A program made the translations under genes and the position numbers. A stretch of DNA of 64,000 bases from Chrysomallon squamiferum (Eukaryota; Animalia; Mollusca). Position 1 is the stretch's first letter. Each line of letters starts with the position of its first letter. Below, piece by piece: positions 1-14,800 of the stretch. The notes below the pieces were generated by a model that ran no database searches, was not told the DNA's origin, and worked only from the letters and a program-made list of their open reading frames with translations. The stretch lies in the NCBI GenBank assembly GCA_012295275.1, contig CM022669.1, forward strand, positions 16,306,001 through 16,370,000. Direction: 5' to 3'.

Positions 1-1505
1 TACAAAGAAGATTATATTTATTATTTCCGCCACTGAATAAACATCCCAGATAAATGACCAGGCCATGCTATATAAACTAGATGCAAAGCTCTGAAAGGGA
101 TACAGGTTTCTAAGCATATTACGAAGTGATTTATTAGAAATAAAATATAATGATAGAGATAGAGACAAGTTTTTTTTTTTTTTTTTTTTTTTTAAACTGA
201 AAGTTTTAAGAAGATAAAACAACTTTACATTTTTACTTATTTATATTTTTATATGTTTATTATCTAAGACATTGTGAAAAATTAGGAATAGAAGTGTTTT
301 ATTATTTTATTAAATTAGAGAAAAGTCTTAGTAAACTAAATATATGGCTAATTTTTCTTTTCTTTTTGGGGCTTTTTTGTTTTCTTAATGATTTTGTTTT
401 ACTTTATGAACAGTGTAGATTTTGTGTTGTTTGTTTGTTTATTTTACTAGAAAGAAAAACCAAACATTACGTAGGAATGTATCGTATTTCTTCTAAATGA
501 TTTATAACGCTTTGAAAATATTTGATTACATGACACCATTGTATATACTTATATGCAGTAAAATAAAATGAAAGAAAAATGAATTAATAAACAAATATAA
601 TACTGAAAATAAGAAAAAGGTTGTTTGCAAGTATAACTTGATCTATACTGCCAACGAAACAAGACGACGTCGTGAACGTGGGCATACTCTGAAGACACTG
701 ATTATCAAGATATTATGCTGATGACGGTGATGATTAAAATTAATATAATGAAGAAATATGAAAAATTATTCCTTTAATTTTGTGAAAGATCATCCAAATT
801 TCAAAAAAGTAAATTAATCTGTAGCATAATGTACATTCTGTAAAATAAAAAAATAAAATTATTATTATTTTTTTTTTTTTGTCAATTTTTTTAATGTCTA
901 ATTTAATAGTCATCTGATATTAACCTATAATCACCAGTTTTATATGTTCTGTTATATATATCTATCTCTATTTTTTATGAGTTTACCTATCTATTTGTTT
1001 ACAGGCGAGGAATCGTTAGAATACAAAATGGCTTCTTACAGGAAACGAAGATATCTGATTACCATCTGAAGTCTGTCTTCAATCAATATTTCACGAAACA
1101 AAACAAGAGGAACAAATCGATTCGAAAAATGAAATAAAAGAAAGAGCTAATGAACGAACGGCTGTTTGAAAGAGTGAGGAATAAAGAAAGAACGCTGTTT
1201 TAAGAAGTTGAAACAAAGGCTGACATTTGTGTTACCATTATTAATATAATGATGTAAATACAAATACTAAACACACACACATTATATATATATATATATA
1301 TATTTACACACACATACATATACATAGATACATCATGCATACATACATACATACATACATTTACACACACAACACACATTTACACATACACACATTGGCA
1401 CATACATACACACAGGTACGTATGAAAAAGGATTACAAGAACAAAAATACAAAAGTTAACGTATGTAAATCAGAATAACAGATAAACGAGAAATCGACTT
1501 ACCAT
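1..1505 (-). CDS. Possible 5' part of an unidentified minus-strand gene running off the left edge
   Basis: Minus strand: TATAAA at 1883-1888 and a donor AAG|GTAAGA at 1842. Exon 1503-1540 has acceptor TCACAG and ends ATG|GTAAGT. An acceptor CCCTTTCAG precedes position 90, and its phase-0 frame is open to the window edge (SFASSLYSMAWSFIWDVYSVAEIINIIFFV). No homology recognised. Confidence 0.25.
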
Positions 1506-2192
1506 ATTGTCAAGGGAATGAAACGTGACCGACGAGTTTGCTGTGATTAACAGAAGTCGAAAACAACAACAGCTACTACTACTCTTCTCATTAGACGCAT
1601 TTAACTGACTTAAACCATAGATTTTGTGCAAGAAGTAGAACTCTTCTGTATGTCAACCCCTCGTTATGATGTTTTACAGTAAAAGAACATTTGCGAGGGA
1701 AGAAGAAACACTCGACCAGCTGATACCGTGACGACACTAACAGCCATTACGACACCATTTTCACATCTAAACATTGCTGTTCAGTGTTGACTTTAGTAGA
1801 CTCTTCAGTGAAAGGTGAACCACCGACAAGACAAATCTTACCTTTTGTGAAGAGTCAAGATGAGTATTGAGAACGCATTTAATTTATACTTGTGAATGTA
1901 CATATGTCTGATAAGATTAATAAGCTATAGTTCTGAAAGATACAAATATTCAGTTGTTGTTTTTTTCAATCTAAGTAGGTAAAAGTATTCCTTTGTATCT
2001 ATAAGCATAAACAATGGAAATGATATAAACTTGTTCACACCAAAGGATACTTGACTTGAACACATAATCCATACAGACATCCATCTATCGTTCTGTCGTA
2101 CATACATCCATCTATCGTTCTGTCTGTTTGCATTTATCAATATATCTATTTATATATCTATCTATTTATTTATCCATCTATCTGTATCTGAC

Positions 2193-2339
<147 letters not shown>

Positions 2340-3142
2340 TCACTCAGTATCACGCGATAAGTCTATTATCTGTCCATCCATCCAAATGTGATACTAAATT
2401 TCGGAGTATTTAGCACAAAGTACAGTTTAATATTAACGAAATATAAAGGAAAAATCTCGAGTCTCAAATAAAAGTATGCGCCTGACGATTTAACAGCATG
2501 CAATAATCTACATAAACAGTCCATATACTTTATAGACCGTTAATATGTGTAAATTTCCTCTTTAAAGAAATGTTTGTACTCTGCTTATCTCGTTTTCATT
2601 ACTTTCTTTATGTTGTTTGTTGATTCATTCATTTCTTTTCCTGCCTAGGTACAAAACATGCATCTATTGCTCTATGTCTTTATCTCTCCAAAAGAAACAA
2701 ACTGCATTACACAAAGTGACAGTCATTAAAATAACTCAGTGTCTTGCAGATTGCCCGCTATCTGTAATAGTCTCTTATACATCCCATCATGTTCAGCAAT
2801 GTAACAGAAATAACGAAATGAAATGACAGAATAAATGATAATTTTACAATCTCCAACGATTGGTTAGCATTGCTCTATAACTAGTGTGATTTTTGCTTTA
2901 AGCATAACGTATATTTGTTTTCAAAGTATTTGACTAAGCATTTTGCATAATTTAATTGTGAATATTGGATATACTTCTTTCAGAGCTCACAATAACGAAT
3001 ATTAAATATGTAATCTTTACTTCTGTATATATCCTGCAGAAGTAAAGATTATGAATATTATATATGTACGGTGTTCATCTTCTGACTTTATTTCCAGATG
3101 GCGTTTTATTACCAATAATTACTGGATATTTGCACACATGAT

Positions 3143-3243
3143 TTACGGAGGAATACAGGCAAATGGACAGCTGAATATGTATTTGGTATATATATATATA
3201 TCATAAAGACAGTGCATGCCTCCATTGTCTGTATTTGCCGTAA
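3143..3243. mobile_element. MITE-like ~100-bp element with imperfect ~24-bp terminal inverted repeats and TA flanks
   Basis: Left arm TTACGGAGGAATACAGGCAAATGGA versus reverse complement of the right arm TTACGGCAAATACAGACAATGGA. TA lies just outside both CGG/CCG termini, with a central (TA)n. Confidence 0.45.
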
Positions 3244-3689
3244 TTTCCCTTTTGTCTTGGTGGCCTAGTTATCAAACTTTCATTAAATCTTCATAAAAAA
3301 CCCAGTTATTAAACAAAAAATAACAGCAATGATTGCTGTTGTAATGTTTTCTTTTGAGAAAAGTCTTGATACTTCGTTTTTCAGTCTTCAGTCTATAATT
3401 TTAAACGAGCTACATAAGGCGAGGGTTCAAAAACACCTTTCCCGGATAGAGTTCCCAGGAACTTCTTCAAAATAATGTTAGCATTACTGTGTTTGCTGTC
3501 ACAGGTTTTAGTTAGAGAGAAGAGAGTGTTTGCCTTATATCTGTCCAAATAATTACCGAGAGCTAGTTCTCGTTTTATCAGATCCTAAGCTAAGATAAAA
3601 CACAATAATGCAAATATTATAATAATGTTTATCTTCACTGTTATGATATGAAGTTATTTTTATTTTAGAATTAATATACTTTCGGGCAG

Positions 3690-3782
3690 GGTTGTTGTTG
3701 TTGTTATTATCATCATCATCATCATCGTCATCATTATTACCATCATTATTATCGTTATTATTATTATTATTATTATTGTTAC

Positions 3783-3813
<31 letters not shown>

Positions 3814-3934
3814 TATATGATTATTATTATTATTATTTTATATTATTCTCATATTAACATCATCATTATTAGTATTATTATTACTATTATTATCGTCATC
3901 ATCATCATCATCATTATTATTATTATTATCATCA

Positions 3935-3995
<61 letters not shown>

Positions 3996-4045
3996 TACTA
4001 TTACTGTTACTATTACTACTACTATTACCAGTATAACTACATTAT
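3690..4045. repeat. (ATT)n/(ATC)n compound trinucleotide microsatellite
   Basis: Long ATT/ATC/ACT runs; source of the poly-Ile ORF. Confidence 0.95.
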
Positions 4046-6375
4046 ATTAATTAATATTTGGCATCTAGTGACAGATATCGGAGACGTGTTTTTAATCTAA
4101 AATTTCTAACACATCACCAGGCTCCTGTTCTGTGATATTTTGATGAGGTAAATCACCGGGAGTACAGTGTTCTCTTTAAGTTAATGTTTCATCGATTGTT
4201 CTCCACAAATAGCACCAATTTCCATTTAGACTTTGTTGTGAAAACACCGAGTAAAAGAAAAAAGAGAAGAAAGAAAAAAAAAAGCCATGATTGTATTTGT
4301 CTTACAAATCAACAAAAGTGGATCAAAAAGCCTTTAGAAAACAAGTATTTTACTGCGTCTTATATCCACACACGCACCAAAAAAAGAAACATCTCAATCA
4401 AATGTATTTACCATTTTTCTCAGCTTCAGGTGATTTTCTATGTATGTCGACTCACATATAAAAAAAGGTTTTGACAAAGCGATATTTAAATTAAAGTTCA
4501 GACAAAAAGTACGGCATTAATGGGATCCGTTGCCAAAGATTGCCTACAAATTAATTCGAGGACTAAGAATAAGATAATGTCGTTTTAAACAGGAAAGAAA
4601 AGAAAAAGGCATATATTTATCGCTAGAGATTGCGGCTCGATCAAAGAAGTGTTTAAGCACGCCTGTCAAGGTGAAAATATAAAATTAAATCTGAAGGTTC
4701 TGTCCTTGTACGACTTTATTTAAGACTTTAAGGAATTAGATGAAAATAATGATGATGATTATTATGATAATGATGCAGCAGCATCAGAAACAACAAAAAG
4801 GAACAGTAACAACAACAACAACAACAACACTACTAATAATACTAATAATAATAATAATAACAATAATAATAATAATAATTTGTAATAGTAGTAGTAGTAT
4901 TTGTTGTTGTTGTCGTTGTCGTTGTCGTTGTTGTAAAGAGAAACTAAGTAATTTATATAAAGACACATACTCAACTGAGAATAAAAGACAAAATGTAACA
5001 GCGCGTTGTTCCTGAGAACTCTGGCATCTTATCCATTGTCACTACGTCATTCAATTGTTATGACGTCATGGCCTTGACACAAGTAACTACAGTCGTTGTT
5101 ATTATTATACTGACAACCTGTATTCCTGCATTACTTCTACTGCTGTTGCTACTTACTATTCCTATTATCATCCTGTAACTACTACTACCATCACTTTGTG
5201 TTTTGTTTTCATTTTATACTTATAATAAAAACAAAACTGCAACAAAATAAAATAACGAATAAACAAATAAACAAATTAATAATGGAAAGAAACAAACAAC
5301 AAAAACAACAAAAAATGACACAAGAAAAAAAAAAAATTCCACGATCTAAACCACGCATTCTAATCAGTTAAAATCAATCAGTTTTCCGTCCAACTTGAAA
5401 CTACATACCACGAAATTTAATGCATCAGCTTTGATGATTTAGCTGAACGTATACATCAAGACCCAGCTCAACTTCGAAAAGGTTTAGTACATTAGTGAAT
5501 TATTAGCTTGTAAGAAAAGCTGGTTAAGATATTGACTTTAACGTTGGTAGATTCCGTGATCGAAATACTTTAATGTGTCAGGGTTTTTACCGCTTCAGTC
5601 GAAATTTGAGGGCAAGTCGGGCATTGCACAGATTTAAGACCCAATCATTAATCTTTAGCACAAATCAAAAAACTTATTTTTTTTACAGAAATAAACGTTT
5701 CAATTATAAGTCTTATACAAAGCATCTTTTTTACGAAATACCCATTTTACTGATACTTATGTGTCTTTTGCTCAGTGTAATGTGTTATCTGTATGTTGTG
5801 TTGTTGTGCCAATTCCGTCGATGTGTTTCAATGTGGGCATCTACATTGTTACTACTGTTATTATATGCTCCTTTAACAACCGACTTCTAACACTTTGTGG
5901 TACGTAATGACTTTTCTTTAAGCTTTGGCGTCGGGATGCAAAATGAGAAAATGAATGATTGATTATTAATGTTTGGTTATTTTTAAAACTAAAACTGTTC
6001 CATTTGGTCTCTTAAAATGTTTTTGTTGCATTTTTATTTTTATTTATTTTTTTTATGTGTGATTGTTTTTTATTTCTTTTCTTTTCTTTTTTTCTTTTTT
6101 TTTTTTTTTTTTTTGTTGTTGTTGCTTTGCTACTTTTTGTTTTGTTGTTTTGTTTTTATTTTTCTTTTATTTTTGTTATTTTTTTATTATTATTATTACT
6201 AAGAATTATTACTGTTATTTGTTTATTTTTTTATTTTTTCTTTTTGGGGGGGGTTCGTTTCTTTCTTTTGTTTTGTTTTTCGTTCGGTAAACTAATTTGA
6301 TTTGAAGAAAATTAATGTTGATGATATTATTTTTAGTTATCACAAAAGAAACAAATTTAATATCTCACCACTCTC

Positions 6376-6416
<41 letters not shown>

Positions 6417-8588
6417 CGTTCCATCCATTTATCTCTGTAATACCTATTAACATTTGTTTCTACATACTTTTATATCTGTCTATCTGTCCATCTGTCTGTC
6501 TATCTATTTATCTAACTGTATTTATTTCTTTATTTCTTTATTTGTTTGTCTGTTTGTTCATTCACTGTACGATTTTAACTGGGTTTTTTTTTTATTATTA
6601 TTTATTTCTACTGGTCAAAGTATTGACCAGAGATTTAAAAAAGAAAACGGAAAATAAACAAAGTCATAAAGGGTGTGACTGTTTTCTTTTTCTTTTTTTT
6701 TCACCTTCCGACTTAAATTGTATTCGTTTATTATAGAAAATTACGAATCCTTTTTTCACGTTGAATTCATCGATTGCAATTGTTGCTTTCTAAAATGAGG
6801 AAAAAAAAAAAAATAGAAAAAGGAAAATGAAAGAATTAAATCAAAAGAAAAAATACATTGATTAAATGGCTTCAACACCGCATCAAAATTTAATATTTTT
6901 TGCGCATCATCATGGCTTTTTTCACGGTAAAATGTTCCATGAAAAAAACAAAATGTTGGTGATGGATAATGAAAGGATTTCAGGAAAAATGGAAAAAAAA
7001 AATCTATTGTTGCAAGATAATAAGAAATATAATGTGCTTTTACCGATAATAATAAAATTTAGAAGAAGAAAAGAAAACAACATTATTTGCTAACAAAGAA
7101 TTTATAAATCTATCTAAGTGATTTTCTTACCTTTTTTTTTTTTTGTTTTCCTTCGTGATGTATAAATATTATGACGTTATAATGAATTTTAAACAAATGA
7201 ATGATAAATAATAATACTGAAAAGATAAAATAACTGAATAAAAGGTATATTAATTAACTGAAGTAAGAATATAAAGTAATAAAGCTGTGTGAATGTAATT
7301 AGATGTAAGAAATTTTCCAAATCAGTGTAATGATTATAATTTAATAATGCACCTGCCAGTCACATCGATTGAAAATAAATTTAATTAAATATACATAAAT
7401 AATAAATTAAATATACATAAATAATACATTAAATAACACAATAAATTTAATAGCTATTAAACAAAATAAACTTTCAGTAAATAAATTAAATTAATTAATT
7501 AATATTAAAAAAGGAAAAATCCACATTTCTTCAGTTTTATTTAGCTTTCCTGTAAAAAAATGTATCTGTATGTGTGTAGACATAGGCACATTCATAGATG
7601 TATATTAGATAGGAAGTTAGGTAGATACATAATATACATATATCCGTATATATATGTATACGTACGTACGTATCTATATCTGGGTTTATGTATTTGTGTG
7701 TGTGTGAGTGTGGATGTACATACATACATACATATTATTATTATCCTGATTATTATAATCATCATCTTATAATAATAATAATAATAATAGCAATATTAAT
7801 ATTTATTATTATTATTATTATCATCATCATCATCATCATTATTATTATTTTGTTAGTATTTGTTTAAGCTAACCCAGCAGGTATTTTGCTGTCCCCAGGA
7901 ACCTGTAGTTTTTATTAATTAAATGACACACGTATGACATTCGTATGACACTACGAACTGTTTATTGAGAGTGTTAGGAAAGGCAACAGATGGCTAGGAA
8001 CCGATACAAAAAACTTAATTCATTGTCAGAACCTTTCATTTTAACTTGCTGTTTCATATTGCGTTTTGTGACCTGTTTCAAAATACAGAGATATAATCAA
8101 ATATTTTTCATTAATGTTTTTTTCTCTCTCTCTTCTGTTTAGTGGAGTTAATTAAATGTCAGCATTCAGAAGACAATGCAAAATATTATTAACTAAACAA
8201 CCCAGAATGTTTAACTCTGAATCACTCAACAAATGTTACAGGTAAATATTTATATTTCCGAGGGTATTAACGACACAAGTGCCTCCTATTGTACTTACTG
8301 CATTGTCATTTATTTACTTATTTATTTAGCCAGTGTTTACAAAGTGTTCCCTTTATTTTAGTTTTATATTACTTTAAGTGTCGTATAATACTTTGTACAA
8401 GCAAGGTGTACAAAGAGATAGAGCACAAGTTTGTTGGTGTCCAGTGTAGCTGTAATGTAAGGTCATGAGAACTGATATATAGTTTATCTTCCGATTTATG
8501 CTGAAACGTTTTAAAGTAGTGGGGTTTTTTTTATCCTTCGAGAGAACACTAATATTATTGTTATATCTATAATTTTGAAGTGATTTGA

Positions 8589-8592
<4 letters not shown>

Positions 8593-8676
<84 letters not shown>

Positions 8677-8726
8677 GTGAGAGAGAGAGAGAGAGAGAAG
8701 AGAGAAGAGAGAAGAGGAAGAAGAAA
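8593..8726. repeat. (TG)n-(GA)n compound microsatellite
   Basis: Direct reading. Confidence 0.95.
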
Positions 8727-8813
8727 GAATAAAGAAAACATAAAGAAAGATATAAAAATAAGAGATATAAATGTTTCCTTTTAAAGAGAGGAGTGTTTAC
8801 TATTTACACCTAT
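8727..8813 (+). repeat. Dispersed 87-bp repeat, copy 1 (copy 2 at 22402-22488)
   Basis: GAATAAAGAAAACATAAAGAAAGATAT...TTTACACCTAT; 5 mismatches to copy 2 by manual alignment. Both copies follow a (GA)n run. Confidence 0.9.
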
Positions 8814-11800
8814 CAGTAAAGTATAGTGAACTTTTATACAGTTTGGTAAAGGAGATTTAAATCATAGGAAAAATGTTTCTACTTGAGATACCAGATCTTA
8901 TGCCAGACGTCCCGTGCTAGATCCAGACAGCGTGAGAACAAACATTCACATGCTCTGTATCCAGAACATTTGAGGCAGCTTTTATATGCAGTGAGACAAC
9001 AGTTAAAGTAATAAATACTAATTACGCTATCTAAGCTTTCGCAGTCCGCGTTCGTCTAAACGATCCTCTCGTTATTTCCACACCGATGATACTTATTTCA
9101 AAACGATTTATTGCAGCAAATTCGGGTCTAACGACGGCGCGCGCTTGTTGGAGAAAACTTCTAGACCACTTTGGCCGGTAATTACAAGCTGGTCTGGGAG
9201 AGGATGATTATGTTTACACAGTCAGAGATGAGATCGCAAAAACTGGCAAAAGAACAGCTTCCGAAAAATCCAGGGGGTTTCTGTCTCTTCAGTTCGGCCA
9301 ACACAAAGTTTATCCCTAACTGTTTTTCTGAATAAAAGTTGAGACAGGCCGAGCTGGAAAATAATCAAATAATATCGACCATGTTCTCGTGGACTATCAA
9401 AAAGAGCCTCTGCGATATTTAACAGCATCAGCATCTTCATTTGAAGTTCTCTATTTTGCCCGTAAGGGTCGATACGGTACAACGGAAATTTGCTAAATTG
9501 TCCGTCGGAAACTTGGTTATATTACGTACACCCATCGACGGAGATCTGCCTTGCTAAGGTGGTCGACTTAGCAGAGTGTATGTAATTACTGTGGAATGTA
9601 GTGGAAGATGCTTGTTCTGAAATAGAGCTATTTTACAAAGACCGAGGATATCTTGGGAATCGGCTGATAATGGTTCCGTTAAAGATGGAAGACCTTCTTA
9701 AAATAAATCTCTAAATCTAGACCGATCGTTTAATGGTATAATCTGAATTAATAGCCTAACATAAGCAGTACATATTTCAGCTTTCGACCTGTTAAGATTT
9801 ACGATATAGAATTTGTTAACAAAAGCCGATTTTTTTTTTAAATTTGCATGTTCAAGATTCACGATAAGAGTTCAGTTATGAAATATATATTTTAATTTTC
9901 AAACGGCATAACAGTATTTCTGAATATAAATTAATAGCAACTGTATATAACAAAAATATATTGTTTTCTTTACAGACTCATAAACAAAGGAGTTTAATAA
10001 TAATGAATTTTGAAATTTTGATTATCTATATATATAAAGTGATGTTAATAATTGTTTATCTGTTTGGCAAAGATGAGAACTGAAATGGATGCTAAGGTAA
10101 GGAGATGAAGAAATTTAGTAACATCTGGGGTTTTTTAATTATCCACTTTAACAACATAACCTAAGGAAAACATTGTTGTTACGGTTATTAGTAGTGTTGT
10201 TTTGTTGCCGTTGTTGCTGCTGTTGCTGCATTGTGATTTTATTTTCATTCTTTTCAGAAAACAACACATATTATTTATTTAATTCTATGGTTTTTAATTT
10301 TTTTTTTTTTTTATTAGCTAAGAAGGGATATCCATAAGCATTCTTTTCCAAATCACAAGATCATCATTTTCAAGGTTATCGAGTAACTTACCATTTGAAA
10401 AAAAAAAAAAAATAATAATAATAATAATGTCTCTCCTTTCATATACCAGAACTAATATCATCTGTACTCTATATTCCCTTTTAAGTTGAGCTTCCTCTGG
10501 AAATAGCAGGTTCAAGGAGATTTGGATAACAAAAATAATTATGATTAATAACAGACGTATTAAATGTCTACTTTCTGAAACACATGGTAATGCTGGCGTA
10601 TTCTGCGTCTCATACTTATCCGCTAAAATGTATTAAGGCGGCCAAATGAATATGAGAAAATCCCTCTGGGATGCCCAAATGGGCTATCAAATTAAGGCAA
10701 TGAAAGGGAGAGACGCGTTTCCTTGCCCAAGAAAGAGAGAACCGGAACGTTAATAGCGCCGTAATGATAATCTGTTCTGATGTGTTTGGATTACGATGAA
10801 ATGGACATCTGTCTGTATTAATGTAGATTTATACTAAGTGTGGATTGGGTTGTTCGGAAACGGGGATCTTCTCTGACGTCGAGTTCTTAGAGACACTGAG
10901 TCGGTATACAATACGTGAGACCTTTTGAAAAGTTTACCCTGTGAAAACTGAGATCACAGAAAAACAATTGGATAAAGGATACAGTTTGTACATGTGTGTT
11001 TACGTATATGTATGTATATATATATATATATTATTTATTTTTCTTCTGACATTTTCTGAACAGAATGATTTATCTGATAAGAATAAAAATATATATATAT
11101 TTTTTGTTCATCTACAGCATAAACTGAACATAGATAATCCAATATTTAATTATACAGGTGATTTCCATGCCAAACTTGGGATAGGATGTTATTCGCATTT
11201 TTCTGTTTTCCATTTTAGTGAACAAAGACTTAGCACAGGCCTAAGCTTAAAATTTAAAACAAACAGTGAAATGTAAACAGCAAAATTAACAGTTCCAAAA
11301 AAATATACTTTCAAACCAGCTTTTCTGATATTTTCATTTTCTGAAAGCTTGACGACTGATCAGATGCATATAATGTCTCTGTATCTATTACTTTGCACCA
11401 GCATATGGATTTATGTACTTTTTAATTTAGTACGTACGTACTTTTGTACTTCATATAATAATATAACACTATAGTTGTGTTTCTTTTTCTACTTTATTAT
11501 TTCATTACAGTCATATTTACAAAACGTGTCATTTTTTTTGACATCGATCAACGGATGTAGACACTAATCCAGCACATAATAAACAATCGTAAACGCTTTT
11601 TGTTTTCTTCTGTTTTGTTTCGATCTTTCTACTGCCATATTTTTGCGCTTAATTCTTCTTTAAACAAAACCTCTGTCCTATTTTGAGGTTCCATTAAAGC
11701 GAGAATTCAGAAAGTCGACAAGATCAATAAGGAAACAAAGCTTGTTCCATTATTAGAAGTTGGCCAATATAAAATTATTTCCAGAAAAATGATTTCTTTT

Positions 11801-14800
11801 TTCAGTATTTGATAATAGGCGGCAGGCATTCTGCTGTTCCGTTTTGAAATGTCGCTCTGTTCTCCGTAATAATCGCCAAGTCTGTGGTAAACGTTATGAA
11901 GCTGGAAATGAAGACTTGGTGAATGAAAAACTGAATCACAGAACACAATGTAGTAACGATTCTTATCATTTTTTTTTTTTTGTTAGGTGTCAAGTATTAG
12001 TTATGTGTGTTGTTGTGTTGTTTGTTTGTTTTGCTTTGCTTCTCTTTTCTTATTTATTTATTTATTATTACTATTCTTATTATTATATATGTGGTGGTGG
12101 TTATTATTTTCCTTTGTTTTCTTGCATTCTGACCATATGATTCAACATCACCTTGTTGTGTTTGTTGTTATTGTTGCTGTTGTTGTTGTTGTTGTTGTTG
12201 TTGTTGTGTTTTACATGACAAAGATATGATTCAATATCACACTGTTTTTATCTGTTGAATTGTTTGTGTTGTGTTTTTTGCTGTGTTTTACATTATAACT
12301 ATATGATTCAATATCATATAAAGTTTTTTTTAGAGATATGATATTGGTCAAGATTCCTGTTTCTAAGTCTTAACAGACAACTGTTTGGTTTTTGGAAATA
12401 ACTTGTCACTGATTTATCATAGTCGTAAGGTATTGTTTGAAATCAAGAAGAATAAGAAAATAATTATATATATATATAACACAGAAATTAATAAACTGAT
12501 ATCTATCTAATTAATCTGTAAACAAAATTATGCGATCATTTTAATTAATCCCTTCATAAAATTCCATTTTTAGCCACAGAAGTAAGTCAAGGGAATATTA
12601 TAATTTTGTACTTTATTTACAAAACACAAATTCTCTTCATTTCATATAACATTTCATGCTGATATCTGTGATAATCTGTAGATCTCATCAACTTTTGAAT
12701 GTCAAAATATATTCCTAGCATCAACATTGCTTTCTGTCAGCATGGACAGAAAAACGTGGGCAACTGAAAAAAAAAATAATAATAAAAAATAATTAAAAAA
12801 AGCTTAAAATGAAATAATAATACTGCTGTGCATATTCTTATAATGGCAAAGCGTAATGACAATTTTATTTTATTTTTTATTATTAATATTTTTTTTTTAA
12901 TCTCTTTTCAAAAATTCGAGATTCAGGGAAATAAAAGAGAAAGCCGTAATATTTTTTAAATCTAAATATTAATGATGATGTGATGTGTATCCGTTAATGT
13001 AAGTTTACAGGTTCACTGATATCTTGTAGAAGAATAAAAGATAACTGAAAGACTAAGAGGCTCACATAAAGAGTAAAACAAAAAAATTCTACATTTTTTT
13101 TTTTTTTTTTTTTTACATTTATAAATATGGAAGAAAAAGCAAAAACACATAATACAAAGAGGGGATAATGGTAAGAAAATGAACTAGAAGTAAAAGAAGA
13201 AGATCATGATTGTGACTGAAAAAGATGATGATGACGACGATGATGATGAAGAAAAATAAGAGAAAAATGATGACGAAGATGAGGCTGATGATGATCATGA
13301 TGACTATAAAAATGGTTAAATCTTTTTTTTTTTTTTGAAAAATAGCAGCTGAAGGCTAAAGAAAAAAGGAAATATAAGGACAAGCCATAATTATGATGAT
13401 GAAAATGATGACGAAATGATAATTATCCACTGAAAGAAAAAGAAAACGAAGATTATGATGATGATGGTGTAGACGATGATATGATGATCATCAGATGATG
13501 ACGATGGTGATTGATGACAACGATAACGATGATGATGATGGTGATGTCGATGATGAAGGTAAAATTGGAAAATTAGCGAGAAAAAAGAAGAATAATACAT
13601 CAGCATCCATTTCGTTTGTTTTGACGCATTTACTCATTAACGATTTCTGAAGAAGATCGCACAAGATTTAAACAAGGAAAACGAGAAAAACATTCGGTCT
13701 CCAGTGTGGCAAAATTATCTGGAATCTTGAAAGACGAGCTAAGAACAATGGCTAAGAAAGTTAATGATGATCTTCACGTTTTCGTACGGGTGGTTTCAAG
13801 AAACGAAATGGAAAAAAGAGACAGACAAGAAATATTACTGTAATTACTCATTAAATTCAAATTAAGAAAACCGAATTGAATCCATATTATGTTCTTAGAA
13901 ACTGGTAGAAGTAAGTACGTAGAAGAAAAGGAAGGCATATTAGTGATTATAATAAATAATAGAAGGAAATGTACACTAATATACGTACATGTGGTGATAA
14001 CTACGACACATACATATATATATATATATACAAAGAAACACCTAAAGAAAAAATCATTTATACACATATAAATACGCACACATACAAGCAAGAAGATAGA
14101 CATACATACATACTCACACACATACATACAAATACATCGTTGTACAAATATAGAAACAGAGTAGAAAGAGAACGAGAGAAAAGAGATGATGAGAGAGAGA
14201 ATAAAAGAATGAGAGACAGAGAGATAGAGTGGACAGATAGACAGACAGAGAGAGAGAGAGAGATAATGTAAACGAAATGTAAATGAATATCTATTTGTAT
14301 TCAAATATTTCCCTGCTAATTTCCTTTTGGTTAAATAAATAAAACAGGTACAAAGATAAAAAAAAATAATAATAATTTAAATAATAATAATTTATCTGCA
14401 TATTTTGCAATTACATTTAAACACTCCACACACCTTTACAATAATAATCACACTGGAAAATGTTAATTGGACAATTTCCCTTCATCACTGGCAAGAATAA
14501 CGTCGTAAATTAGTGTTAATAAAAGTTCATAAAGTATTAAAAATATTCAAATAAATTCTTTATCAGTGTGTATAATTAACGTTTAATGTCTCAGTTTGGT
14601 TTTCTTCAAATGCCAGCCGCAGTTAACACAATGCTGTACACTGTTGTATGCTAGGAGAAGAAAGCAATACGTTATTTCCATGTCAGAGCAGCGGAGTCGT
14701 GTTTTCTTTTTCACTTGAAATATGCCACATCCCTAGACAAATGGTTATGACATTATAATTTATAATCCATCCAAAATCTTTTTCCGTAGCCGGGTCAGAA

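Noticed and set aside
11707-12140. Overlapping ORFs in a GC-richer patch
   Set aside because: No homology or compatible exon partners recognised.
13625-13843. ~72-codon open frame, plus RSPVWQNY (BED-finger-like) in another frame
   Set aside because: No Cys/His ligands follow, the BED-like frame stops immediately, and there is no good acceptor.
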